Shown: positions 9,170 through 18,544 of the stretch, piece after piece | Numbering within the stretch: position 1 is the stretch's first letter | Layout: each line of letters starts with the position of its first letter | Assembly (NCBI GenBank): GCA_003213515.1 | Contig: QCMV01000002.1 | Location: 57,740-121,739, forward strand | DNA: 64,000 nt | Direction of reading: 5' to 3' | Source of the DNA: Pelagibacteraceae bacterium AG-422-N09 | GTDB taxonomy: Bacteria; Pseudomonadota; Alphaproteobacteria; Pelagibacterales; AG-422-B15 | Program-made: the position numbers and the translations under genes | The notes under the pieces: generated by a model | Databases searched by the model: none | What the model was told of the DNA's origin: nothing | What the model saw: the letters and a program-made list of their open reading frames with translations, nothing else

Positions 9170-9946
9170 ATGAATACCATTGGCATCATTCCAGTAAGAA
9201 TGGACTCGACAAGATTTTATGGGAAACCTATGGCTAATATATGTGGGATTCCTATGGTAGGTCATTGTTTTTATCGATCTTGCTTAGCGTTAGGAAGTAA
9301 TAAAGTTTTTGTCGCTACATGTGACAAAATAATTGCAGATTATATTAGTAGTATCGGCGGACAAGTAGTTCTTACATCAAAAAAACATAAAAGGGCGACA
9401 ACGAGGACTGCTGAAGCAAAAAGGAAAATCGAGAAGAAATATAAAGATAAGATAGAAGCAATAGTTATGATTCAAGGAGATGAACCAACTATAAATAATA
9501 AATCTATTTCTGAGGTTGCAAAAGAATTAAAAAAATCAAAAAAAAATATTATCAATCTAGTTTCAATCATTAATTCTAAGAAAAATTTAAGAGATCAAAA
9601 TAATGTAAAAGTGATTCTTAATAAGAATAGACAAGCTATCTATTATTCTCGGTATCCTATACCTTTTTTGATAGATAAATCAAAAAAAACAGATTTTTAC
9701 ATGCAAACAGGTATCATTGGATTCAAGTCAAGTAAGCTTGATAAGTTTAATAACCTAGATGAAACAATATTAGAAAAGTTGGAATCAGTCGATATGAATA
9801 GATTAATAGAAAACAATGAATCTATAGATACAATATGTACCAACTATCCAACTATTAGTGTAGATACAAGAAAAGAACTCAAGGCTGCTGAAAAATTAAT
9901 AATAAAGGATCGTTTGATTAATAAATATAAAAAATTAATAAGATAA
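9170..9946 (+). CDS. KdsB/NeuA-type cytidylyltransferase (CMP-ulosonic acid synthetase family)
   Basis: The N-terminus IGIIPVRMDSTRFYGKPMANICGIPMVGH and the QGDEP motif are as in 3-deoxy-manno-octulosonate cytidylyltransferases. Confidence 0.75.
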   Translation: MNTIGIIPVRMDSTRFYGKPMANICGIPMVGHCFYRSCLALGSNKVFVATCDKIIADYISSIGGQVVLTSKKHKRATTRTAEAKRKIEKKYKDKIEAIVMIQGDEPTINNKSISEVAKELKKSKKNIINLVSIINSKKNLRDQNNVKVILNKNRQAIYYSRYPIPFLIDKSKKTDFYMQTGIIGFKSSKLDKFNNLDETILEKLESVDMNRLIENNESIDTICTNYPTISVDTRKELKAAEKLIIKDRLINKYKKLIR

Positions 9947-10920
9947 TGATGAATAAGATAAAAAAAATATTGCTAAATTTAATTGATAGTTCACGTAAAA
10001 AAAAAATTAATAAAAGCATACAAAATATACTTTCATCTCAAAAAATTGGATTTATTGATATTGGAGCAGCTGGCAACATACATCCAAGATGGGAGAAGAT
10101 AAGTAAACATATTAATTATTATGGGTTTGAACCAGATCTTAGATCGTATAATCTTTTAGTTAATAAAAAGAACGAATGTCATGAATATAAGATATTTAAT
10201 ACGGCAATATGGGAAAGTGACTCAGAGATTCAAATAAATTTATGCAAGAAGCCATGGGTCTCATCTTTTTATACTCCAAACTATAATTTTTTAGATAATT
10301 TTCCTGAAAATGATAGATACACTGTCATTGAAAAAGAAAATATGAAAACGTCTTCATTGGACAATGTTAATTTCAGTGAAAAAGACTTTATAAAAATTGA
10401 TATTCAAGGTGGGGAACTAAAAGTTCTTAAAGGAGCTTCTAAAACACTCCATCATTGCCTAGGACTTGAAATTGAAGTTGAGTTTCTTGAACTATATGAA
10501 TCCCAGCCACTATTTGGTGAATTATGTTTATTTCTAAAGAATGAAGGATTTGAATTTATAGATTTTATCTCTTTGAATAGGTGGGAGAGAGATAAATATG
10601 ACGGATATGGACAAAGCACTTTTGGCGATGCACTTTTTATGAGAACACCTGAACACATGCAAAAGTTTTTTTCAAAAGATTCAAATAAAATAAAAAAATA
10701 TATAGCTACATGTGTTTTATATAATCGCTATGATTATATTGAGACAATTACTAATTCAAAAATTTTCTCTGCAAACTTTTCATTTGAAGAAATTAAAAAG
10801 ATAAAAAAATCAGCAGACAAAATGAAAACAAACCATATTAAAGTAAGATCAGTTAATAAATTTTTTAATAAAATTTTAAGAATTATGGATGACAATAACA
10901 GTTTGCATCTTTTTTACTAA
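9946..10920 (+). CDS. FkbM-family methyltransferase
   Basis: Motifs IDIGAAGN, YGFEPD and IKIDIQGGELKVLKGA. The TAATG start overlaps the upstream stop. Confidence 0.75.
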   Translation: MMNKIKKILLNLIDSSRKKKINKSIQNILSSQKIGFIDIGAAGNIHPRWEKISKHINYYGFEPDLRSYNLLVNKKNECHEYKIFNTAIWESDSEIQINLCKKPWVSSFYTPNYNFLDNFPENDRYTVIEKENMKTSSLDNVNFSEKDFIKIDIQGGELKVLKGASKTLHHCLGLEIEVEFLELYESQPLFGELCLFLKNEGFEFIDFISLNRWERDKYDGYGQSTFGDALFMRTPEHMQKFFSKDSNKIKKYIATCVLYNRYDYIETITNSKIFSANFSFEEIKKIKKSADKMKTNHIKVRSVNKFFNKILRIMDDNNSLHLFY

Positions 10921-11984
10921 TGGGAAAAAAAATTAAAATTGCAATAGCCGGTTATGGAGTAGTTGGAAAACTAAGACATAAATCAATTAATAAAAATAAA
11001 GATTTTGATTTAATCGCAGTATGTGACAGAAAATTCAAAAAAAATGGAGTCTTTAGCAATGGTATTCAATATTATAGATATTATAAGGAACTGCTCGAAT
11101 TAGACATTGATGCTATAATAATTTGTTTAACTAATGATGTTGCTGCTCAAGCTACCCTTGATTCACTAAAAAAAAATAAGCATGTTTTTTGTGAGAAGCC
11201 TCCAGGCGTTCGATTAAGAGATATATTTACCATATATAAATATTTAAAGAAAAATAAAAAACTAAAGCTAATGTATGGATTTAATCATCGTTATCACCAG
11301 TCAATTCAAGATGCTATTGATATAGTTAACTCTGAAAAGTATGGAAAGATAATTAACATGAGAGCAGTTTATGGTAAGTCAAATATAATTACTTTCAATC
11401 AATCCGATTGGAGAACAAAAAGGAAAATAGCTGGAGGTGGTATTCTATTAGATCAAGGTATTCATATTCTTGACTTATTAAGATTATTTGCTGGAGATTT
11501 TAATCAAATAAAAAGTTTTGTTTCTAATAATTATTGGAAATTCGATGTAGAAGATAATGTATACGCAGTAATGAAAACAAGATCAGGAATTCATGCTTCA
11601 ATAAACTCCTCAGCTACTCAATGGCCACATAAGTTTTCTCTTGAAATCAATCTTGAAAAGGGATCGGTGGTTTTATCAGGAATTTTATCTAATTCAAAAA
11701 GTTATGGTAAAGAAACAATAAAGTTATTAAAAAAGAAAAAAAATGATAATAAATTTAAGCAAAATATAAAAATAAAAAAATACACAAAAGATATATCATG
11801 GGACAAAGAACTAGAATCCTTTTCAGACATTATTAAAAACAAGAAATCATCAAAAAAAGGTAGCATTAGTGAAGCATTTCTTACTATGAAATTAGTTTTC
11901 TTAATATATTACAGCGACAAAGAATGGAGGAAAAAATACAATATTGAGAATCCTAATAAATTTACTATCGATGAAGAAAAATAA
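10920..11984 (+). CDS. Gfo/Idh/MocA-family NAD(P)-dependent oxidoreductase
   Basis: The N-terminal Rossmann segment KIAIAGYGVVGKLR and the CEKPPG (EKP) motif are typical of the family. Confidence 0.8.
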   Translation: MGKKIKIAIAGYGVVGKLRHKSINKNKDFDLIAVCDRKFKKNGVFSNGIQYYRYYKELLELDIDAIIICLTNDVAAQATLDSLKKNKHVFCEKPPGVRLRDIFTIYKYLKKNKKLKLMYGFNHRYHQSIQDAIDIVNSEKYGKIINMRAVYGKSNIITFNQSDWRTKRKIAGGGILLDQGIHILDLLRLFAGDFNQIKSFVSNNYWKFDVEDNVYAVMKTRSGIHASINSSATQWPHKFSLEINLEKGSVVLSGILSNSKSYGKETIKLLKKKKNDNKFKQNIKIKKYTKDISWDKELESFSDIIKNKKSSKKGSISEAFLTMKLVFLIYYSDKEWRKKYNIENPNKFTIDEEK

Positions 11985-12705
11985 TTTACTTGAAATTGCA
12001 AAAAAAGCATCTTTAGCTGCTTTAGAATCTTTGGAATTAAACAAAGATAAAGAACTTAAATCTAGTTATGATGTAGATTTAATAAGGGAGATGAAAAGTG
12101 AAATAGATATTATTAATAATAATAAAATACTTAATGTATTAAAAAAAACAGGTATACCAATTTTGTCTGAAGAAAATATAAAAGAAATAGACCATAGTGA
12201 ATATTGTTGGATTGTAGATCCATTAGACGGCACAGTAAATTATATAAGAAATATAGCTAGTTGTGGCATATCAATAGCCCTCTTTAAAAATAGTAAACCT
12301 ATTTTCGGCGTAATTGCTGAGTATCCAGATAAAAATCTATATTGGGGAGGTAAAGAATTTGGAGCTTTCAGAAATGGAGTTCCAATCAAAGTTTCAAAAA
12401 TATCGAACAAAAAGGAGGCTATTCTGTGCACAGGATTTCCCGCAAGATATGATTTTGATGAATTAGATGATACACAATTATTTAGAGAATATGCAAAAAT
12501 AAGAATGCTTGGATCGGCTTCAATTAGTTTGGTAAATCTTGCCAAGGGAAGTGTAGATTGTTACTTAGAAAAAAACATAATGATATGGGATATAGCGGCG
12601 GGAATAGCGTTACTTGAGGGTGCCGGTGGAGAATATAAAATTCAGAATTTAAAATTCCTATCTCCATTAAATCTTATTGCACATAATGGGATTTTAAATA
12701 TATGA
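11971..12705 (+). CDS. Inositol-monophosphatase-family phosphatase (island copy)
   Basis: Motifs WIVDPLDGTVNY and MIWDIAAG. The track ORF starts at TTG 11944. ATG 11971 (MKKNNLLEIAKKAS) is the more conservative start and overlaps the upstream gene by 14 nt. Confidence 0.8.
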   Translation: MKKNNLLEIAKKASLAALESLELNKDKELKSSYDVDLIREMKSEIDIINNNKILNVLKKTGIPILSEENIKEIDHSEYCWIVDPLDGTVNYIRNIASCGISIALFKNSKPIFGVIAEYPDKNLYWGGKEFGAFRNGVPIKVSKISNKKEAILCTGFPARYDFDELDDTQLFREYAKIRMLGSASISLVNLAKGSVDCYLEKNIMIWDIAAGIALLEGAGGEYKIQNLKFLSPLNLIAHNGILNI

Positions 12706-13628
12706 AAAATAATAAAAAAGATTTTATTGCTGTATGTTCCCGGTCCTTTTCAGCAAATCCATTATTAAGAAAAAAAATTTTATCCAAATATAAAAATGTA
12801 AAGTTTAATGACAGGGGTATTAAACTAGAGGGAAGTAGTCTTCATAGCTTTGTTAAAGGAGCTTCTAAAATAATTGTAGGACTAGAAAAAATTGATAAAC
12901 AATTGTTGGCTTCACTCCCAGAATTAAAACTTATTTCAAAATATGGAGTTGGAATTGATAATATAGATACCCATGCAATGAAAAAATATAATAAGAAGCT
13001 TGTTAACTATGAGGGTGTAAATAAAAGATCAATTTCAGAACTTATTTTATTGTTAATATTGAATAGTATGAGGAAAATCAAATTGATTAATAGTGATATA
13101 ACTCTCGGAAAGTGGAAACAAAGAGTTGGATCGGAATTAAGTGGTAAGACTGTCGGAATTATTGGATTTGGAAATATTGGCCAAGATTTAAGTGTTATTT
13201 TAAGGCCTTTTGAATGTAAAATTATTTTTTATGATATTAGTATTAATCATGTAAAAAAAAATATTTTAAGAAAAGTAAAAAGAGTTAGTCTAAACAAACT
13301 TCTTACATCAGCAGATATCATAACATTAAACTTGCCATACAATAGGTATACGAAGAATATTATTGATAAAAATAATATCAAATTGATGAAGTCAAATTCG
13401 ATTTTAATCAATACTGCAAGAGGAGGACTGGTTGATGAGAAAGCATTATTCAGAGCTTTAAAACAAAAAAAAATTGCGGCAGCAGCTTTTGATGTATTTG
13501 AGAAAGAGCCTCCTCAAAATTCTAATCTGTTGAAATTAGATAACTTTTTTGCTACTTCTCATATCGGAAGTATTACCAATGAAGCAATTATTAGGATGGG
13601 AATGGCTGCTATAAAAGGCTTACAGTAA
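12702..13628 (+). CDS. D-isomer-specific 2-hydroxyacid dehydrogenase (phosphoglycerate dehydrogenase-like)
   Basis: Motifs GKTVGIIGFGNIGQ (NAD binding), NTARGGLVDEKAL, FDVFEKEP and SHIG. There is an ATGA overlap with the upstream gene. Confidence 0.85.
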   Translation: MKNNKKDFIAVCSRSFSANPLLRKKILSKYKNVKFNDRGIKLEGSSLHSFVKGASKIIVGLEKIDKQLLASLPELKLISKYGVGIDNIDTHAMKKYNKKLVNYEGVNKRSISELILLLILNSMRKIKLINSDITLGKWKQRVGSELSGKTVGIIGFGNIGQDLSVILRPFECKIIFYDISINHVKKNILRKVKRVSLNKLLTSADIITLNLPYNRYTKNIIDKNNIKLMKSNSILINTARGGLVDEKALFRALKQKKIAAAAFDVFEKEPPQNSNLLKLDNFFATSHIGSITNEAIIRMGMAAIKGLQ

Positions 13629-13644
13629 CCTTAAGAATATCAAA

Positions 13645-15462
13645 ATGTTGAATGAAATAGAGCTAATTTGGAAACTGCCTCATAAAAAAACAGAAAAACT
13701 GTCAATTACTAAATATGTCGAAACTAACGGAATTGAAATAAGGAGAAGTTATTCAAATTTCATTCATAACCTCTCACATCAGAAAATAGGTAAAAAAAAA
13801 ATATATAATTTTTTTTTATTCAATAATCATTTTAATCTATGGTGGATGTCGCTTTTATATGAGAAAAACTTTTATAAATCAAAAAATATAAGTGAGTGCA
13901 TTAAAATTATAGGATTAGAGAAGATTATAAAAGAATTTAAGCCTCACACAATAAGACTTATATGTTCATCAAACAAAACTAGGAAGTGTATAATTGAATT
14001 ATGTAAACAGTTAGATGTTAATTTAAAAATTGATATCAAGAATAAATCTAAAAGATTTTCTAATTATAAATTTTTAAAAATTATAAAAAAAAATATTCCT
14101 TATTATTTACAAGGTTTTCTATTTCTCCTTTCTTATTATTTAAATGCTTTGAGTTTGAAAAAACTTAAAAAGCCATCTTGGATTAAATCATCAAGTAGTA
14201 TATTTTTATTTTCATATTTTACTCATTTAAAATTTAACAAAACAAACAAAAGCATTATAGAGTCAAGTCAATGGGAAGATGTTATTGGACTAATAAGAAA
14301 AAGAAGAAAGGATATTAACTGGTTACACTTTGATGGGATGACTAAAGATAATTATAAGAAAAAAAACTTCCTATCTTTATCGCCAAATAGTAAGCAATTT
14401 AGTGATTTTAACGAACAGCATTTTTTTTTAGAGGGCTATCTTAATATACAATTACTAATAAAAATTTTTTTTATTTATTCTTTTTTACATTTAAAATATT
14501 TAATATTTAGGCCTAAAAAAAATATTTTTTCAGTTAAAGATTCAAATATTAATTTATATCCCTTGTTAATTGATGATTGGCATGAATCATTTTCGGGAAT
14601 TATTTTAATGCAAAATATTATTTGGATAATATTGTTCGACTTAGCAATGAAGGACATTCCAAAAAGCAAATTTGGTCTTTTTCCTCAGGAAAATCAATCA
14701 TGGGAACGTGCATTCATCTCTTCGTGGAGAAAACATCAAACAGGAAAATTAATAGGTTATGCTCACTCCGATATTAGATTCTGGGATACCAAGTATTTCG
14801 AAAACGTGGAAATTTTTGAAAATGATAGTTTACGCTTTCCTTATTCAGATGCTTTAGCAATAAATTCTGAGAGAGCTTATGAAAACCTTATTAGTTCTAA
14901 ATTTCCGCAATCTAAAATTTTAAAGGTTGAGGCTGTAAGATATCTTCGAGTGTTAGAAAATGATAATAAAAGAAGTCTAAATGTTAATTCATTCAAAAAG
15001 ATATTAATTGTTGGTGATTACCAATTTCGATATAACTATAAGTTACTTGAAGATATATATTCATTAAATTTAAACCCAAAGAATTATAATCTTACATTTA
15101 AGTCTCATCCTGGTTTTCCAATTGATGTATCAAAATATAAATTATTTGGTTTAAAAGAAACAAATGAACCGCTTGAAGATATACTTCAGGATTATGATAT
15201 TATTGTAGCGGTAGACGCAACAGCATCTTCCATAGAGGCAGTTTTAATGAATAAATTTACTATAGTTTATTATGATAGTGCATATTTAAATTACAGTCCT
15301 TTAAGAAATAGTAACAGTGTTTCTTTTGCTAGCAATAAGTATGAGCTTGGTGAATATATAAAAAATTATGACTCAAAAGTCAAAATAGATAATCATAATT
15401 TACTCTATTTTAATAAAGACTTAAAACTCTGGAAAAATGTTATTGATAAATATGTTTACTAA
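13645..15462 (+). CDS. Large uncharacterised protein in the glycan operon, possibly an orphan transferase
   Basis: 605-aa uninterrupted ORF in very AT-rich DNA, co-directional with and 16 nt after the upstream gene. It has hydrophobic segments mid-protein. The C-terminal third (ILIVGDY..., KSHPGFP, DIIVAVDATASSIEAV) has a Rossmann-like alternation. I recognise no diagnostic motif. Confidence 0.5.
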   Translation: MLNEIELIWKLPHKKTEKLSITKYVETNGIEIRRSYSNFIHNLSHQKIGKKKIYNFFLFNNHFNLWWMSLLYEKNFYKSKNISECIKIIGLEKIIKEFKPHTIRLICSSNKTRKCIIELCKQLDVNLKIDIKNKSKRFSNYKFLKIIKKNIPYYLQGFLFLLSYYLNALSLKKLKKPSWIKSSSSIFLFSYFTHLKFNKTNKSIIESSQWEDVIGLIRKRRKDINWLHFDGMTKDNYKKKNFLSLSPNSKQFSDFNEQHFFLEGYLNIQLLIKIFFIYSFLHLKYLIFRPKKNIFSVKDSNINLYPLLIDDWHESFSGIILMQNIIWIILFDLAMKDIPKSKFGLFPQENQSWERAFISSWRKHQTGKLIGYAHSDIRFWDTKYFENVEIFENDSLRFPYSDALAINSERAYENLISSKFPQSKILKVEAVRYLRVLENDNKRSLNVNSFKKILIVGDYQFRYNYKLLEDIYSLNLNPKNYNLTFKSHPGFPIDVSKYKLFGLKETNEPLEDILQDYDIIVAVDATASSIEAVLMNKFTIVYYDSAYLNYSPLRNSNSVSFASNKYELGEYIKNYDSKVKIDNHNLLYFNKDLKLWKNVIDKYVY

Positions 15463-15488
15463 AATTTTTATTGGTATTATCTAGAATA

Positions 15489-16421
15489 ATGAAAATATTA
15501 GTAACTGGTGGGGCAGGATTCATAGGTTCTCATTTATGCGAGGCTTTATTGGGTAATAATAATAAAGTAACTTGTCTCGATAATCTATATACCGGGAATA
15601 AAGAAAATATTAAGAACTTAATTAGTAACCCAAATTTTGAGTTTATTGATTATGATATAACCAATCCTTTAAATCTCAAATTTGATCAGGTTTATAATTT
15701 AGCTTGCCCTGCTTCACCAACATATTACCAAAAAGATCCAATCAAAACTTGGGAAACAAACGTTATTGGAATTAACAATATTCTTAATATAGCAGAGAAG
15801 AATAAAGCTAAAATATTACAGGCCTCAACTAGTGAAGTCTATGGTGATCCGAAAGTTTCACCACAAAATGAAGATTACTGGGGAAATGTGAACCCAATCG
15901 GGATTAGATCTTGTTATGATGAAGGAAAGAGATCAGCAGAAGCTATTTGTATGGATTACTCTAGAAATAGAAATATTGACGTGAAAATTGCGAGAATATT
16001 TAACACATATGGATCAAAAATGCAGAGAAATGATGGTCGAGTAATCTCCAATTTTTTAGTTCAATCTATTTTGAATCAGAATATTACAATTTACGGTGAT
16101 GGCAGCCAAACCAGATCATTCTGTTACGTAGATGATTTGATACAAGGATTGATGGGTTTAATGAATGAAGATAAGATTAATCCTACTCCTTTAAACTTAG
16201 GAAATCCCAATGAATTTACAATTAGAGAATTAGCTGAGCATATTCTTAAAATTACTAAATCTAGGTCAAATATTTCTTTTCATGATCTTCCTTTAGATGA
16301 TCCCAAAATAAGAAAACCAGATATTAAAAGCGCGAAACAAAGGATTAATTGGGAGCCCAGAATTCAATTATTAGAAGGACTTGAGAGAACTTATAATTAT
16401 TTCAAACATATATTAATATAA
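15489..16421 (+). CDS. UDP-glucuronate decarboxylase (UDP-xylose synthase), extended SDR
   Basis: Motifs MKILVTGGAGFIGSHLCEALL, DNLYTG, STSEVYGDP and YDEGKR. The track start TTG 15471 is less likely than ATG 15489. Confidence 0.85.
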   Translation: MKILVTGGAGFIGSHLCEALLGNNNKVTCLDNLYTGNKENIKNLISNPNFEFIDYDITNPLNLKFDQVYNLACPASPTYYQKDPIKTWETNVIGINNILNIAEKNKAKILQASTSEVYGDPKVSPQNEDYWGNVNPIGIRSCYDEGKRSAEAICMDYSRNRNIDVKIARIFNTYGSKMQRNDGRVISNFLVQSILNQNITIYGDGSQTRSFCYVDDLIQGLMGLMNEDKINPTPLNLGNPNEFTIRELAEHILKITKSRSNISFHDLPLDDPKIRKPDIKSAKQRINWEPRIQLLEGLERTYNYFKHILI

Positions 16422-16439
16422 TGGGAAAATTATTTAATT

Positions 16440-17360
16440 ATGGATTTAGAAAATTTAGATAATAATCCAAGTCTCATTTCAGTAATTGTTCCTGTCTATA
16501 ACTCTGCCCATCTAATAACCAGACTGCTTGATTCTCTTGTCATACAATCATACAAATTATTTGAAGTACTTATATGTGATGATGGATCTACAGATAATTT
16601 AAAAGAAATAATAGACTCTTATAACTCAAAACTAGATATCAGATATTTTAAAAATAGTAACTTTGGCGGTCCTGCAGTTTCTAGAAATATAGGAATAAAA
16701 AACTCTAGAGGAACTTTTTTAGCTTTTGTTGACGCTGACGATTGGTGGAAAAGAGATAAACTTAAGATATGTTTAATGTCGTTTAATAAAAATACTGATT
16801 TCGTGTATCATGATCTAATAATACATAGAGAAAAATATAAATTTTTAGGAAAAAAAGTAATTAGAGGCGCAAAGTTAAAATCACCAGTTTTCACAAGTCT
16901 TATTAAAAAAGGTAATATAATTTGCAACTCATCAGTTGTAGTAAGAAAAAGTGTAATTATTAAATCAAATGGTTTTTCAGAAAATAAAGATATGATTGCT
17001 GCAGAAGACTATAATGCGTGGTTAAGAGTTTCAAAAATTTCAGATAAATTCAAATATATAAATAAGGCTTTAGGTTATTATTTTACAAATCATGGTATAA
17101 GCTTTAGTAGAGACATGTCAAAACCAACCCAAGTTGCAATTAATGAATTTATCAACGATTTAAAAGATAAAGAAAAACAAGAAGTTTTCTGGAAATTATC
17201 CTATATGAGTGGCATTTTTAATTTAAATAAAAAAAACTTTAATGTTTCTATCAAGAAATTAAAGGCAAGTTCGTCTTCTTCTGATATTAATATAAAAATT
17301 AAGTCATACTTACTTATAATCTTAGTTTACTTACTCATTATTTTTAGAGTAAAAAAATAA
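16440..17360 (+). CDS. Family 2 glycosyltransferase with a C-terminal membrane anchor
   Basis: Motifs ISVIVPVYNS, CDDGSTD and FVDADDWW. The terminal hydrophobic helix is YLLIILVYLLIIF. Confidence 0.85.
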   Translation: MDLENLDNNPSLISVIVPVYNSAHLITRLLDSLVIQSYKLFEVLICDDGSTDNLKEIIDSYNSKLDIRYFKNSNFGGPAVSRNIGIKNSRGTFLAFVDADDWWKRDKLKICLMSFNKNTDFVYHDLIIHREKYKFLGKKVIRGAKLKSPVFTSLIKKGNIICNSSVVVRKSVIIKSNGFSENKDMIAAEDYNAWLRVSKISDKFKYINKALGYYFTNHGISFSRDMSKPTQVAINEFINDLKDKEKQEVFWKLSYMSGIFNLNKKNFNVSIKKLKASSSSSDINIKIKSYLLIILVYLLIIFRVKK

Positions 17361-17392
17361 AAGACTCAATAAAGTAGATTTAGATATAACTC

Positions 17393-18544
17393 ATGAAAAA
17401 AAATTTATATATAAATACAGAGTCAATAGTAATTTTATTTTTTTTAATTATTAATTATTTTTATTTTTCAATCTTTACTTCAAATTATTTATTTTATTAT
17501 AACGAAAATTCCTTTTTTTATTTTCCACTCAATTTTGATTCTTTCAAGCTTACTTATCCATTTTTACAAAGCTACTTTCTAGAAGACAAGTCAATGTATA
17601 CGAAGCTTCCGCACTATTTCTTAAGTGAAGTATTCTTTGAAAGAAGCATATTTCAAATAGGTATAACTTTAATCTATGTAATGATTTTATTTTTTACTCA
17701 ATTTTTTACAGATAATATATTATTTGTATCTTTTTTGATAAATAATTTTTTAATACTAATCGGATACTATTATTATAAAAAAATATTACGTAACATTTTT
17801 GGAATATTTAGTGCTAAACTGGAACTACTTTACTTTATTAACCCAATATTAATTTGGTATTCTCAAGGAATTAATAAAGATATATTTCTAATCACTCTAT
17901 TTATTCCAATTATATATTATTTTTATACTAAAGAGCACTTTAAGGTTTTTTTATTTGGACTTGTCGTTCTTTTAATAAGGGTCCCTTATTTCTTAGTAAT
18001 CCCAATACTTTATGCATTATTTTATATTAAAAATAAATTTATAGTAGCAATAGGTATTTACGCAACTTTATCTATAGGCTCAGCATTTTTTTTCACAGAA
18101 AATTTTGACTCAAGATCTCAATCTAATATTAATAATACCTTTTTTGGAATAAGTTCTTATGTATTTAAACTAAATGAAGCTGCTTATGTTGGTAATTTAC
18201 TCCTGAATCCAATAAGAGCTCTATTGTTAATATTTGACCAGTTAAGATCAATTAATATCTTTAAGGATGAAAGTTTAAATTTATTTAAATTAGCTAATGT
18301 GCCTATTACAATTTATTTTATTTATAATTTTAGAAGGGTAATTAATTTATTTAAAGTATTCTTTTTTAAAAGAACAAAATTAAGTGTAATTCTATACTTT
18401 GTCTTTTCTATAGTTTTAATAGGTCTTATGCCTACGGTGATTCACGCAAGATATATTGCTCCAATTATTTACCCTCTGTTTTTGATTCTTATTTATTATA
18501 ATACAGTTAATAGAATTTTTAATCAGAATGGTAAGCTAAAATGA
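17393..18544 (+). CDS. Polytopic membrane protein, candidate O-antigen/capsule repeat-unit polymerase (Wzy-like)
   Basis: 383 aa, Phe/Ile/Leu/Tyr-rich with about 10 predicted hydrophobic helices. It sits between glycosyltransferases. There is no sequence motif, so the assignment is by context only. Confidence 0.45.
   Translation: MKKNLYINTESIVILFFLIINYFYFSIFTSNYLFYYNENSFFYFPLNFDSFKLTYPFLQSYFLEDKSMYTKLPHYFLSEVFFERSIFQIGITLIYVMILFFTQFFTDNILFVSFLINNFLILIGYYYYKKILRNIFGIFSAKLELLYFINPILIWYSQGINKDIFLITLFIPIIYYFYTKEHFKVFLFGLVVLLIRVPYFLVIPILYALFYIKNKFIVAIGIYATLSIGSAFFFTENFDSRSQSNINNTFFGISSYVFKLNEAAYVGNLLLNPIRALLLIFDQLRSINIFKDESLNLFKLANVPITIYFIYNFRRVINLFKVFFFKRTKLSVILYFVFSIVLIGLMPTVIHARYIAPIIYPLFLILIYYNTVNRIFNQNGKLK

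Noticed and set aside
13792-13817. Homopolymer tracts (A10 followed by T9 here; also A9 at the 5' end of the FkbM gene at 1142-1150, and several others in the island) were considered as slipped-strand phase-variation switches.
   Set aside because: Such runs are the expected outcome of Lys (AAA) and Phe (TTT) codon usage in a very AT-rich genome. They also occur in core genes. There is no evidence of length heterogeneity from a single sequence.
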